Shown here in pieces: positions 15,477 through 28,583 of a stretch of 64,000 nucleotides of DNA. The notes beneath the pieces were generated by a model. The model was not told where the DNA came from, ran no database searches, and worked only from the letters and a program-made list of their open reading frames with translations. The stretch is from Octopus vulgaris (taxonomy: Eukaryota): the NCBI GenBank assembly GCA_951406725.2, contig OX597830.1, positions 35,898,001 through 35,962,000 on the forward strand, read 5' to 3'. Numbering within the stretch: position 1 is the first letter of the stretch; every line of letters starts with the position of its first letter. The position numbers were made by a program, and so were the translations under genes.

Positions 15477-15630
15477 CAGGCTTCTTTCAGTTTCCGTCTA
15501 CCAAATCCACTCACAAGGCTTTGGTCGGCCCGAGGCTATAGTAGAAGACATATGCCTAAGGTGCCACGCAGTGGGACTTAACCGAGAACCATGTAGTTCG
15601 TAAGCAAGCTACTTACCACACAACCACCTG
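15232..15630 (-). mobile_element. tRNA-derived SINE family B (CORE-like body, internal (TA)n)
   Basis: Minus strand: GTGGTTGTGTGGTAAGTAGCTTGCTT..GGTTAAGTCCCACTGCGTGGCACCTTAGGCATATGTCTTCTACTATAGCCTCGGGCCGACC..; ends GCTCCAGCATAGCCGCAGTCAAATGACTGAAACAAATAAAAG. Near-complete second copy at 49005-49468. Confidence 0.85.
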
Positions 15631-15974
15631 AAGTTTAACAAACTCCGTGTCGAAATTTTGGAGATAATTTCACTTCATAACGTATCATACATTTCTCTAG
15701 TTGCAAAAAGCTTAAGTCAAACTCATTGGATAATTCCCCGACTTACTTTTTAACATCCGTGAATTTTGATGCAACCCAGATCTCAAGATATAACTTCTTA
15801 TTTAGAGGCAAGTTATACCCCTTGTTTCTTTCAAACACGCAAATTTCTCAGCTTTATCGATGGCCCATCTATGCTACCGAAGCACCTAACCCCAAAGATC
15901 GGTCTAAGAATATATAGATTTAGCTCCGCTTACCGCTCTCCTGTCCGCGTTGATATCTACAACAACGAATTATA

Positions 15975-16169
15975 CAGAGTGACGCACGAAAATGCAGCCT
16001 GGGTTCAGTAGCATAATATAAATATAGAAAAAATTTATAGTAGGCTACGACCCAAAGAATACAATGGGACTTGGAAACGAAGGGCTGGGTGCTTTGACGT
16101 GTATGTAAATTTATTTCTGTATTTACACTATGTCACGGAACCTGGGTTACTTATTCGCGCACCACCCTG
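15975..16169. mobile_element. Tc1/mariner-type MITE (~195 bp) with TA TSD
   Basis: Left TA|CAGAGTGACGCACGAAAATGCAGCCTGGGTTCAGTAGCATAATATAAATATAGAAAAAATTTA; reverse complement of right end TA|CAGGGTGGTGCGCGAATAAGTAACCCAGGTTCCGTGACATAGTGTAAATACAGAAATAAATTTA. About 65-bp imperfect TIRs. Confidence 0.75.
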
Positions 16170-17336
16170 TATCTTCTCCAGCTCAAAGTTACTCCTACTC
16201 TGCCAAAGGAATTTTCTTTCTCCACCGCGCTAATTTTTCTAATTACTTACAACTCTTCGACAATATATCTCCCTTCATGAAGGCACGTAACTTCATTTCA
16301 CTCTAAGTTCGCCGTTTTTGAGGTTTTCGACGGTCATAAGTCTTCGTGATTTTCACAGCTATACCATATTGGCACTGCCGCTGTAGAAGAAAAATATTTT
16401 GCACTCATCTACTCTCTCAGCCAATTTCATTCCCTTGGAACTTTTTTCGTCCTTGATCATGTTTTCACTTCCAAATCCATCTACTACCTATACGTCACTA
16501 CCTGTACTTACGCAGTCATCTGATCGTTGCTCTTAGCAACACATTTCATCGTATATGGGATACAGAAGGGGAGAAACACTACACTGTGCTTTCCACCACC
16601 TGTAACTAAACCACAGCTAAAAATTCTCATGCGGAAAAGTCAGAAATGGTTCACTCATACATTCATTGCATCAGTTCAGACAAAAACAAAAAAAAAAGAA
16701 CACTGGCGGCCTAAGATGACTTACGCCATGTAGTGGATGTTTCTTACCTAGATAGCAATTCTCACAGGATCATCAGCTGTACCATTAGGGATGCCTATCT
16801 GTATTCGACAAACTGCAATCACGGAGATAGAAAAATTATCTCTGAAACTTCGTCTAATGCTCTTTCTTGAACTTCCACATTACGATGGTTCAATACAACT
16901 GCAGAGAAAGCCTCACCTTCCGCGTCTTCCTTGGCATCGAATTTCCCACAGATTACGTGAATATCCTCAAAAAGTGTCTCCATTCGATTAGGATCGTCGC
17001 TATACTCACAAATCTGCTAATGGTAAAAGAACTTCTGATCGCTTCAAATTATCAAACCGATAGTTTGGCAACGTTCTTACATTACCCAGTAATCTTCTCC
17101 AGTGCCAGATGTTATCTTCATGAAACTTCTTTCTCTCACATCCGCTCTTCTCTCTTCCCACACCTCTCTTTCTATGTCTTTCCCCTCTTTTTTTATTCTT
17201 TCTCTATCTTTCTCGTTCTCTTTCTGGATAAAGAACTGTCCTCTTTAAAGATTATATCATCCACAATTTCTTCCTAAAATTCCACACTCAGCCATCGTCC
17301 ACATCCAAAGAAAGACAGAAAAGAAGGAAATAAATA

Positions 17337-17367
<31 letters not shown>

Positions 17368-17884
17368 GAGAAAAGAAGAAAGAGAGAGAGAAGGTGAAAC
17401 GAAGGGAAAGTAGAAGAGAAAAATGAATAAGAAAAAGAAGTAAAAAAGAAAAGATAGCAAAAAAAAAAAAGGATTAAAAAGGAGAGAGCGAAGGAAAGGA
17501 AAGAAACTATGAAAGAATGAAGAAAGGAAAGAACCGAAAAAGAAATGAAAGTAGTAAATTTAAGGAACGAAAGAATTGCTAACAATGGAATAAAGAATAA
17601 GACAAGACAGAAAGAGAGACAGACAGACTGATCGACAGACAGACATACATACAGTCAGAGAGACAGACAGACAGATAAATAGAATATTGGTAGCAGGGAT
17701 TAGTGATAGAGTATATGTACACACACATATATACAAACATATACACATACACACAAAAACGCACGCATATATGTATATATATATAGGCATGCATATCTAC
17801 GTATGTTTATATATATGTATATATATGTGTGTGTGTGTGTGTGTGTCTATATATATGTGTGTGCTTCTGTGAATGTGTGTGTGT

Positions 17885-17921
<37 letters not shown>

Positions 17922-18224
17922 AAGGAAGCACTCATTCAAATAGAAATAGGAAAATCTGCTGAAAATAAAAATAAATGAAAATTTTTTTTTAATGACAAGC
18001 AAATAATAAAAAGAAATTAAATAGTAATAATTAAGTAAAACGACACGTCTACATACACACACAAAAACACGCACACATACACTCACACATACAAACCCAC
18101 ACACATATACACATGCACACACGCAGCTAGAGATAAAGCTAAAAACGAAACAACTGCAACGATAACTGCGCATATATTTTTGATAAGCTGTCTTGTGCAT
18201 CTGTGCTAAACGACTAATGAAATT

Positions 18225-18585
18225 TCGTCTGCCGCTACGTTCTGAGTTCAAATTCCGCAGTGGTCGACTTTGCCTTTCATCCTTTCGAGGTCGATTAAAT
18301 AAGTACCAGTTACGCACTGGGGTCGATATAATCGACTTAATCCGTTTGTCTGTCCTTGTTTGTCCTCTCTGTGTTTAGCCTCTTGTGGGTGATATAGAAA
18401 TAGGTATTTCGTCTGCCGCTACGTTCTGAGTTCAAATTCCGCCGAGGTCGATTTTATAGGATTGTATTTGGTCGAGAAATTAAGCACCAGTTACGCACTG
18501 GTGTTGATGTAATCGACTTAATCCCTTTATCAGTCCTTGTTTGTCCCCTCTGTGTGTAGCCCCTTGTTGGCAATAAAGAAATAAG
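18225..18585 (+). mobile_element. Family A SINE dimer (two tail-1 units)
   Basis: Two B-box units, each ending in the TTTGTC..CCTTGTTTGTCC..TCTGTG..AGCC..TTGT.GG..AGAAATA tail; junction AGAAATA|GGTATTTCGTC at ~18402. Confidence 0.85.
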
Positions 18586-19053
18586 AAATGGCACTGCTTG
18601 ACGCGTCTGCAGTGAAAATGACACTCGACCATAAATTCAATGTGAAACAGTAAGGTTGCGTTGTTAGAGATAAGACGCATGCCCCTTGACAAAGAGGAGA
18701 CAAAATCGTTTCATGAGATACTTGCAAACGCATGTTGTAACAACAGATATGAAATTAAATTTTCCATAGACCGCGATAATAAGTGCTATTCCATTCCATG
18801 CAGATTCGGTACAGATTTTTCAGAAGGGCTTTGATCATCGGTGTTGTAGAGACAGACCAGTGGCAGTGAATTTGTGTCTATCGCGAGGGCACACGGCGGT
18901 TCGCGGTACAGTGACGGAGTCCTGTGAAACACCGAAAATTGCTGCTCAAATACATTTGGCCGTGAAGGTGCGTGCCTGGAGAAGATTGTTTCGTTCAGAT
19001 TGTCTTCCTTACGAGATTTATGAATACATAAATTGGTTTGCCGATCTCTTGGC

Positions 19054-19090
<37 letters not shown>

Positions 19091-19989
19091 GTAACGGGTA
19101 GATGACTGTAAACATCCCCAGTTCTCCGCCAGAGAAGTGTGGTGCTGATGCGGAGAGACGAAGAAGTGGGTCCGTAATCGACAAACCGATGTCCATCTTT
19201 AATTGCACTGTACACGGAAACTAAATCAACTTCGACAATTTATATGAAAATTGAAAATATGGACGGATACGTGTGTATGTCTATATGCACGTATGTATGT
19301 ATGCGTGTATTTCATTATGTATATATGTATGTAGATGAGTATCTATAACTTTAAGGGTGTATATGATACATAAATCAGGTTGTACTGACGTGTGTCTCTT
19401 TCTGTGTATTTGTGTGTCTGCGTGTATGTGCTTGTGTGCCTCAGTGTTCTGTATGACCCAACTCAGATATCTCTGTAGCTAACTTGTATATTAGATATTT
19501 ATAAATCTGCGAGCGACCAAGTGTATATTTTCTTTGTATCTACGCATGTATCTTTCTACGTCTACACGTATATATGTATATGTATATATGTGTGTATGTA
19601 TGTGTTAGTCTGCGTATGTATCTAGTGTTGTATATATATATGCATACAGACGTGTATATGCACGCTCACGTGTCTATGTGTGTTCGCGCGCACGTGTGTA
19701 TGTGTGTGTGTAGGTTGATGAGTGGAGATTGTCGCTGGCCAAATTCCTAATTAAAATATTCTCCGAAGCGTAATAAACGATGAACAATTTCAGGATGGTC
19801 CTTTTCACAGTCCCTTACATATCTCTGTCTGTACGTCAGCGATAATGAGATAGCGACATGTCGCAGCATCGACGGTGGCGGCGATGGCGCTGGTGGTAAT
19901 TGTGAGGGTGTCTTCTGTGGTAGTGGTGATGGTGATGGTGATGGTGGTGGGCCCTTATGGAAATGGTGTAGCTAATGGTGATAGGAACG

Positions 19990-20340
<351 letters not shown>

Positions 20341-21383
20341 AGTAGCGGTGGTATCGGTGATTTTGAGGCTTCTTGGTGGTTAGCGGTGATGGTAGTAGAG
20401 TTACGGCGAGGGTGGAGCTGTAGTCGTTGTTTGGTGTTGTATTTGTGTTGTATTGGTGTTGTGGTGTTGGTGGCAGTTGACTTGGCGGCGGTGATTTCTT
20501 CGTATGTTTTTAGCTCGTGGTGGAGGGGCCTTTTGGTCATTGATGTGACGGTGGTGGGGGAGAGGCGTCGATGATGGTAGCAATTTCTGTTTTGGTGGCG
20601 GTGATGGTGGTGGTAGTGGTGGTCGTCGTCGTTGTGATAGTGATGGTGGTGGTGGTAATAGTGGTTGTATTGTTATTGTTGTTGGTCATGGTGGTGATGG
20701 TTGTGATGTGGTAGTGATGGTGATGATTATCATGTTGGTAGTGATGCTAGTAGTGGCGGTGGTAGTGGTGGTGGTTGTGGTGGTGGTGGTTGTGGTGGAA
20801 GTGATGGTGGTTATAATTGTTGTAGTGATTCTTGCAATGGTAGGATGGTAGTAGAGAGGTTATGGAGGTAAAGATATAGGTGTTGTTATTCATGTTGCTG
20901 TTATTCTTGTTGTTGTGGTGGTGGCCATCTTGAGCTACTAGTGTTCATGTAGTGACTACGGCTTCTGTCGTTGCTCTTTTCTTCTTCTTCGTCTTCTTCT
21001 TCTTCTTCTTCTTCTTCTTCTTCGTCTTCTTCTTCTTCTTCTTCTTCTTCTTCTTCTTCTTCTGCTCCTCCTATTTCTTACACTTCTTACTCATTCTTAT
21101 ACTTATTCTTTTCCTTCTATTTCTTTTCTTCTCTCCCTTTTTTCTCCGTCTTCATGTTCTTTTCTTCTACCTCTTCTACTTCTTTTTCTTCTCCATCTTG
21201 TTGTTGATGTTCTTCCACTTCCACTTCTTCTTCTACATCTTATCTTCTTCATCTTGTCGTTCTTTTTCATTTCTTCTACTTCCTCCTCCTCTTCCTCCAC
21301 TCTTTCTTCTTCTACTTCTTCTTTCCCCTCCTCCTCCACTCTTTCTTTTTCTTCTTCTTTTTCTCCTTCTTCTTCTCTTCCTT

Positions 21384-21608
21384 CTTCTTCTTCCTCTTCT
21401 CTTTCTTATTTATCTGCTTCTTCTTCCTCTTCTCTTTCTTATCTATCTGCTTCCTCTTCTCTTTCTTATTTATCTGCTTCTTCTTCCTCTTCTCTTTCTT
21501 ATTTATCTGCTTCCTCCTCCTCTTCTTCTTTCTTATTTATCTGCTTCTTCTTCCCCTTCTCTTTCTTATTTATCTGCTTCTTCTTCATTTTCTCTTTCTT
21601 ATTTATCT
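21384..21608. repeat. ~33-bp minisatellite (CTTCTTCTTCCTCTTCTCTTTCTTATTTATCTG, about 7 copies) inside a (CTT)n-rich region
   Basis: TCTTATTTATCTG or a one-base variant recurs at about 27-34 bp spacing between (CTT)n tracts at 20980-21062 and 21630-21743. Confidence 0.85.
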
Positions 21609-22904
21609 TTTCTTCTTCTTCTTTCCTTATTCTTCTTCTTCTTCTTCTTCTTCTTCTTCTTCTTCTTCTTCTTTTTCTTCTTCTTCTTCTTCTTCTTCTT
21701 CTTCTTCTTCTTCTTCTTCTTCTTCTTCTTCTTCTTCTTCTTCCCATTATGGTTATGGTAATCTTGCTGTTGCTTGTGGTAGCTAAGTTTATGGACGCAG
21801 TGCAATAAAGGTTATGCCAATTGTGGCGGTATTGTTGTAGTATCGGGGTTAGGGTGATGGCGATGTAGCCAAGACTATTAGTATTGGTGGTGGTCGAGGT
21901 GGTGCTGGTGGGTTTACTTTTTAGTGATGTGAAGGAGATAGCAGCGTAGCAGAGACAGTTCTAGTGACGGCGACGGCGACAGCAACGGTGGTAGATGACA
22001 TAGTACTTGCGGTGCTGGCGGTTGAGGAGGACGGGAGCGAGGTTGAAGATGCTGCCTGTGGTAGGTCGGAAGTTGAAAGAAACTTCCCACGTGACTCGTT
22101 GCGTTCGAAAGGAGACCGGAAGGTCAAGCAAGTCCAACGGCGTTAAACACGCGTAAACATTTACAGAAATAAGAATTTCAAGAAATTAGGCTACAGAAAA
22201 CGGACCGTCATGGTTCAGCAATCAGTTCGGTAGGGTCAGCAGAGTTCATGACCCCTGAATTGGTATTTCATTCAACTTTACACTCGCCACACTGGAAGCA
22301 ATTCATTAAGCGACGGATTGGCAGATGCGTTAAAGCTTAGTTTCTCTACGTTCGGTGTTCAAATCCGGCCAAATTCAACTTTATTTTTCATCGTTCCAAT
22401 GTCGATAAAATAAATTCTAAAATACTAAAGATCGATTTTGCATTTCAATAATGCATGCTAGACGTAAATTGTGTTACAGTCGCTTCTATATACAAACACA
22501 TTTCTTCGCATTATATATAGTAGCGTGGAGCAGTCGGTATATAGCGACTGGCATTTTGTTTTATTGACTCCGAAACGATTAAAAGCAAAGTTGGTTTTGA
22601 CAGGATTTGAACTCAAAGTCCAGTGTTTTGGAATATCGCAAGATATTTTGTCCGATGGACGAATGCTATTGTGCTACAAGGGTTTCTAACTGAAGTACGA
22701 GAGCAGCGATTTTTTCTTCTCTTTTTTTTTTACTGAAGGGATTTGCTCGATACCAGCGATTCTATTCCATTTATCGACTCTGAAATGATAACAGGCAGAG
22801 GTATTCTCGGAGGAATTTGAACTGAGAACGCAATAAGCGGGTACAAATACAACAAGGCAATAATGCTGGTAGCTCGTCACCTTGGAATGGTGTTATAATT
22901 CTTT

Positions 22905-23118
22905 CTCTTATAGGCATAAGGCCTGAAATTTTGCGGTGGGATAGTCAATTACATCGCCCTCCTCGCAGAACTTGACTATTACTTTTTTTTATCTATCCCG
23001 AAACGATGACAGGCAAACATCGACCTCGACGGAATTTGAGCTCAGGACTCAAAGTTGGAAGAAATGCTACTCAGTATCTTGTCCGGCATGGTAATGATTT
23101 TGCCAGCTAGCTGCCCTG
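22905..23118 (-). mobile_element. Degenerate family A SINE (cluster with copies at ~22310-22440, 22530-22680, 22740-22880)
   Basis: ggcataaggcctgaaattttgcggtgggatagtcaattacatcg...cgacctcgacggaatttgagctcagga...tgattttgccagctagctgcc. Confidence 0.7.
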
Positions 23119-23317
23119 AAAGATATCATAACAGGAGAGAAACTTAGAATTGTGGAAATGTTGAGTGAACCAAAACAGAAACTTTCAAATCACTCCTAAT
23201 GCTTCAAAAAGCTCCGAACACTTTGAAAAATGTAGTCCTAGATATATTACGTCCGTATAAATGTTGACATGTTTGAGATGGTTTGAGCATTGTCATTTTG
23301 AGTTTATTCGATGAAGA

Positions 23318-23970
23318 ATGAACACAAGCTAAAAACTGAACATGGGCTAAAACAGATGAACTTGAGCTAAAACTGAATATAAGCTAAAACAGATGAACAT
23401 GAGCTAAAACAGATGAACACGAGCTAAAACAGATGAACACGAACTAAAACTGAACATGAGCTACAACAGATGAACATGAGATAAAACAGATGAACATGAG
23501 CTAAAACAGATGAACACGAGCTAAAACAGATGAACACGAGCTAAAACAGATGAACACGAGCTAAAACTGAATATGAGCTAAAACAGATGAACATTAGCTA
23601 AAACTGAATATGAGCTAAAACAGATGAACATTAGCTAAAACTGAATATGAGCTAAAACAGATGAACATGAGATAAAACAGATGAACATGAGCTAAATCAG
23701 ATGAACATGAGCTAAAACAGATGAACATGAGCTAAAACAGATGAACACGAGCTAAAACAGATGAACACGAGCTAAAACTGAACATGAGCTAAAACAGATG
23801 AACACGAGCTAAAACAGATGAACACGAGCTAAAACTGAACATGAGCTAAAACAGATGAACATGAGATAAAACAGATGAACATGAGCTAAAACAGATGAAC
23901 ACGAGCTAAAACTGAATATGAGCTAAAACAGATGAACATGAGCTAAAACTGAACATGAACTAAAACAGAT
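23318..23970. repeat. Minisatellite of interspersed 20-bp (GAGCTAAAACAGATGAACAY) and 17-bp (GAGCTAAAACTGAAYAT) units, about 30-35 units
   Basis: Directly visible head-to-tail array with no unique spacers. Confidence 0.95.
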
Positions 23971-24441
23971 ACGATGAACCAATGAATTGCTTTTGATGAA
24001 CAATGAAAAGAACAACAGATCTAAGAAACAAGTCTACAGTTGAGTCGTTACTAGTTACGTGGTCACTCGACTTACTAGATGTAACGGCTAAATGTCCCTA
24101 AATTCGCGGTTGACTCTCTGGAAGCACAGAAACAAAACGGCTTGCCTGATAACATCCTAGGTACAATGTCTAAATACTTCGATAGTCGAGGCTGTAAAAT
24201 ATTCGGTAATAGATCTTGTTATCGAGAACTGATATTGGTGGATGTAAATACAAGAATTATAACGAAAAGGGAACCGTATATATCATACGACATCTCACAT
24301 GAAATAGGGGTGAGGAGGGAAGGAACAATGTAGGGTATTGTATTGCAGTCTTACTGTAGAAATACTGCAGGCAATGTTCAGTGTATCAGATGTTACTTAC
24401 GGAACTATTTAGATAATGAACTAATGATGTAATTATATACG

Positions 24442-24506
<65 letters not shown>

Positions 24507-24714
24507 TATAATAATATTAATGATGATGATGATGATGATGATGATAACAATAAAGACGGTGATAGTGGCGGTGATGTTGCGGCGGCGATGGTGTTGACGA
24601 TGCTATTGTTATTGATGGTGGTGGTGGTAGTGGTGCTGGTACTGGTACTGGTGAAAACGCTGATGATGATATGCTAAGTGATCGCCCTCGACAAAAACTA
24701 GAGGTATGAAGTAT

Positions 24715-24778
<64 letters not shown>

Positions 24779-25278
24779 CAACAATAATGATACTAATAAC
24801 AGCAACGATGATGATGATGATGATGATGATGGCGGTGGTAGTGGTGGTGGTGGTGGTTTTGGTGGTGGTGAGGAGGAGGAGATGGAAATGGGGGGTGAAT
24901 AATTAGAAATGATTAAATGAGAAGTATTAAGTTAAATAATTGATTAGGCTTATTAACTAGTTCATTAGAAGCATTCATTAATTCGTACAGTATGGAATTC
25001 TCAAGGGCATTGAGTTCCAGAGTAAGTTAGCATTTCTTACAATTACCTTATATATGAGCCAACGGGTAGAAGGGTGTCTCTGAGTGGTCGTGTGACATGC
25101 AAGAAATAGCAATGATATTTGACTCAAATTACACTACGCTCCCATAGAAATATGAAGCCGGCGATAAATTAGTTTTAGGTGCAATATGCCTGAATAAAAG
25201 ACGGGTTAGTCACGAGTGAAGCGCCAGTGATAGAATCTGTAAATGATCAGTCGAAATGCAAACGAGACTATCTTTCAA

Positions 25279-26743
25279 CCCCTTGACGCCGGTATTACCC
25301 GTAGCATGCGAGACACTGCTCCGTTTTTTTTTATCTAATGAGGCCACACAAACACATAAGTGCCAACAAGCTCACATCTATTTACGTTCACCATTACAAT
25401 AACATTGCGTCGTACATTTACGTCTACCAGTTTATGAAAACGAACTATATGAAGCAATTTATCATAATATGATATGCATGAGTTATTCTGCTCAAGTTCC
25501 AAAAATAGTTTGCGTGTGGTACAACTCAAAACACGGTATTATGCAATGGGACATATCACAGTACGGACATCGATATCTGGTTTCGCGCCTACGGTGGTGT
25601 GAGATGCATACAACACATTTCCTTGCCGGATTTTGCTTTTTTCCGTTAGCGGTATGAAGCGCGAGAATTGTTCTCGTCAGTTCAGAAGCCGGTTTGGAGT
25701 AGGTCGGGAGTGAGGACGTCCACGCGTTCGGTAGTTGGGCATCTCGTAGACTTCGATAATTTCATTTATCACAGCCTCGCGAAATGCGAGTCCAGTTGCT
25801 TCGCCACCCAGCATTCGCCAGATCAGATGTGTGTTCATGAGTGCCATATCCACAATGTACAAAAAAATTTTTTGCACCATTTTCCGAATCTTCGTGCGGA
25901 TTTGTGCATGGTAGCCGGTTGATCGGATCTATCCACCCCACTCATTGCTCTGGTGTAGTCCTGTACAACATCGGGTTTTATGATGGGGTCCCCTGCACGA
26001 TTCCGTTTGCCAGTTTCAGACATTGCAGCAGAGTGCATCGTACTCAGCATGGTCACGTACTTTCTGTCTCGCCAGACCAATGCCAGGAGATCACTGTGCG
26101 TCGAACGGTATGCAAATTCTCCTTTCTCAAGTTTCGGCTTTTGAAGATCGAGAGGCATGTTCCTCCTGAAAGCGCGGGCCTTCCCACGGGCGTTTGATCT
26201 CCTGACCTACAGCTGCTGAAACAAGTCGGGACTGGAAAACCATATGAATGTTATACCCTTTGTCTAACAGTTCGACATTCAATGACATGACGACATTAGT
26301 TGATGCTAGAACGTCCGCGCCCCTGACCTCACCGCAGGTGTTGTCAGGCGCAAGGAAGAGCGTAAATTCGCTGATGGAGGAACGAAGCGCTAAGACAGAA
26401 CTTGTAATTAATTTGAAGACATTTTGAATTATGATGCGTTTTCGCTGGAGACCATTACTTTCATACCTCTTGTGCCAATGCATATGCATGTAAAGTATCC
26501 GCATGTCATTGGTCTACTGCTAGTCTCATGGCTTGAACGTAACCTAAAATAGCTAAGATAATGCACGGGACGGCGAGCGTGCGCACCTCAAGAGATAAAG
26601 TACACGATATCGAACGTAAACATACATCAGCCGCTAAAAAGTCCATGATAGATGTAGGGCAGCTCTACATCGTATATTTACGTTAACCGCGGGTAGGCAA
26701 GCAAAAGTGTGATCGCATATTTGCGTCGACCGTTATCAAGGGG
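25279..26743 (-). mobile_element. Internally deleted piggyBac DNA transposon
   Basis: Left TCAA|CCCCTTGACGCCGGT, right ACCGTTATCAAGGGG|TTAA (TIRs match 12/15; TTAA TSD, left copy mutated). Encloses piggyBac transposase remnants. Confidence 0.85.
25500..26330 (-). pseudogene. piggyBac (PGBD4-like) transposase, C-terminal half, frameshifted
   Basis: LLDKGYNIH/WFSSPDLF; KLEKGEFAYRS..LLALVWRDRKYVTMLSTMH..KPDVVQDYTRAMSGVDRSDQ (catalytic-Asp region); KIFLYIVDMALMNTHLIW; C-terminal Cys-rich domain KCVVCISHHRRRETRYRCPYCDMSHCIIPCFELYHT. Confidence 0.9.
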
Positions 26744-26789
26744 TTAAAAAGGCAAGAGCAGATGACAACGTTCTACAATACTCTTAAAA

Positions 26790-26936
26790 AGATGAGTTCA
26801 AATTCCGCCGATGTTGACTTTGCTTTTCATCATTTCGGGGTCGATAAATTAAATACCAGTTGTGTTCTGGGGTCGATCTAATTGAATGCCCTCCCTCCTC
26901 CAAAATCTCGGGCCTTTTGCCTAGGGTAGAAAAGAA
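26790..26936 (+). mobile_element. 5'-truncated family A SINE (tail-2); another copy on minus at ~27110-27305
   Basis: gagttcaaattccgccgatgttgactttgcttttcatcatttcggggtcgataaattaaataccag...ccctccctcctccaaaatctcgggccttttgcctagggtagaaaag. Confidence 0.8.
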
Positions 26937-28014
26937 TACTCCTAACCAGATGGGATGGTCGTAGCCGAAACGCTTCTCGGCGATCAGGCGAGATTTGGGG
27001 CTACACAATAACTAGAGATACAACCTAAGGACTCAGCTCCCACATTATCATTCATCCTGCTAAAAATAGCAGCTGAGATTCGGGCAAATCATACCATAAT
27101 AACCACTTCAAATTTTACACAAGGCCAGTAATTTCTGGGAGGAACTAAGCTGGTTGCATCAACTCCAGAGCTCAACTGGGACTTAATTTATCGACCCCGA
27201 GAGGATGACAGATAAAGTCTACTTCGGTGGAATTTGAAATCAGAACGTAAAGCCAGACGAAATGACACTAAGCTTTTTACCCGGCATCCTAACGATTCTG
27301 CTAGCTTAAATTATACAATGTATACTGCAAAGCTTAGTACAGGGTCGCGTGAGTTTGTATATAAAATGGGGAAGTCAAGGCTTTCTCCGTATTTTTGATC
27401 ACGAATTTTGGAGGGATGGTCATCACGCATAATTGAAGAACTAAAATTTGAGAGAGTTATTCGTAGTAAAGAAGAGATTTAGCCAGAAGCGAAAGACATC
27501 CAAAGGCAAAGAAGTGATGCTTAAACAGCTGACGGGATAAATTTTCAACCGAGAAGTCGGAACACAAAGACCGAAAGCAACTACTACAAGGCACTTAGAA
27601 AGCATAAAATATTCTGCTCTGGACAGGTAATACATTCCATCGATCCATTGCAGGTAAAGTAGTGCAAATCCATTGCACTTGAACTTAGAACACAGAGAGA
27701 CGGAACAAAGAATTTTGTCCTTCGTTATAACGACTATGCCAGTTCACCGCCTCTGTGGTCGATCGGTGCTCAACAAAAAAAAAAAAACTATCCAACGCTA
27801 TTGTGACTTACACTGTCGCACGTCTTACTAGACGTAATAACCAGAAGTGCCACCAACCGACGTACTGCCATTTTTATAGATATATGTGGGTTACCCATTA
27901 AACACTGCAATCTTAAATGTACCATGCTTGACAAAAGGAGCAGGTTGAACATACCTGGTATATATTCGCGCATACATCTGCTCGATAATTGCTGACAAGA
28001 GGGCGAATGCATAC

Positions 28015-28583
28015 ACTAGGCACAAAGTCCGAAGTGTTTGGGGAAGGGCCCAGTCGATTAGATCGACCCCAGTACGCAGCTGGTACTTAATTCATCGACT
28101 CCGAAAGGATAAAAGGTAAGGTCGACTTCGGCATTTGAATTCAGAACGTAAAAACAGACGAAATACCCATTTCTTTATTGCCCACAAGGGGGCTAAACAT
28201 AGAGGGAACAAACAAGGACAGACAAAGGGATTAAGTCGATTACATTGACTCCAGTGCATAACTGATATTTAATTTATCGACCCCGAAAGGATGAAAGGTA
28301 AAGTCGACCTCGGCGGAATTTGAACTCAGAACGTAACGGCAGACGAAATACCTATTTCTTTACTACCCACGTGGGGCTAAACACAGAGGGGACAAACAAG
28401 GACAGACAAACGGATTAAGTCGATTATATCGACCTCAGTGCGTAACTCGTACTTATTTAATCGACCCCGAAAGGATGAAAGACAAAGTCGACTTCGGCGG
28501 AATTTGAACTCAGAACGTAACGGCAAACGAAATACGGCTACGCATTTCGCCCGGCGTGCTAACGATTCTGCCAGCTCACCGCC
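28015..28583 (-). mobile_element. Family A SINE trimer: head + tail-1 unit + tail-1 unit + tail-2 unit
   Basis: Single A-box head at ~28583, three B-boxes, junctions AAAGAAATA|GGTATTTCGTC (~28352) and AAAGAAATG|GGTATTTCGTC (~28167); about 185-bp period. Confidence 0.9.

Noticed and set aside
15640-17120. Highly decayed minus-strand LINE (RTE-like) around the MITE
   Set aside because: Only faint motif echoes (GNVRTL, GELSNEF); cannot be supported without a profile search.
18590-19210. Possible degenerate RTE C-terminal fragment on the plus strand
   Set aside because: Resemblance (ESCET..RAWRRLFR..) is too weak to call.
23318-23970. Possible CRISPR-like array
   Set aside because: Units are contiguous with no unique spacers, there are no cas genes, and the context is eukaryotic.
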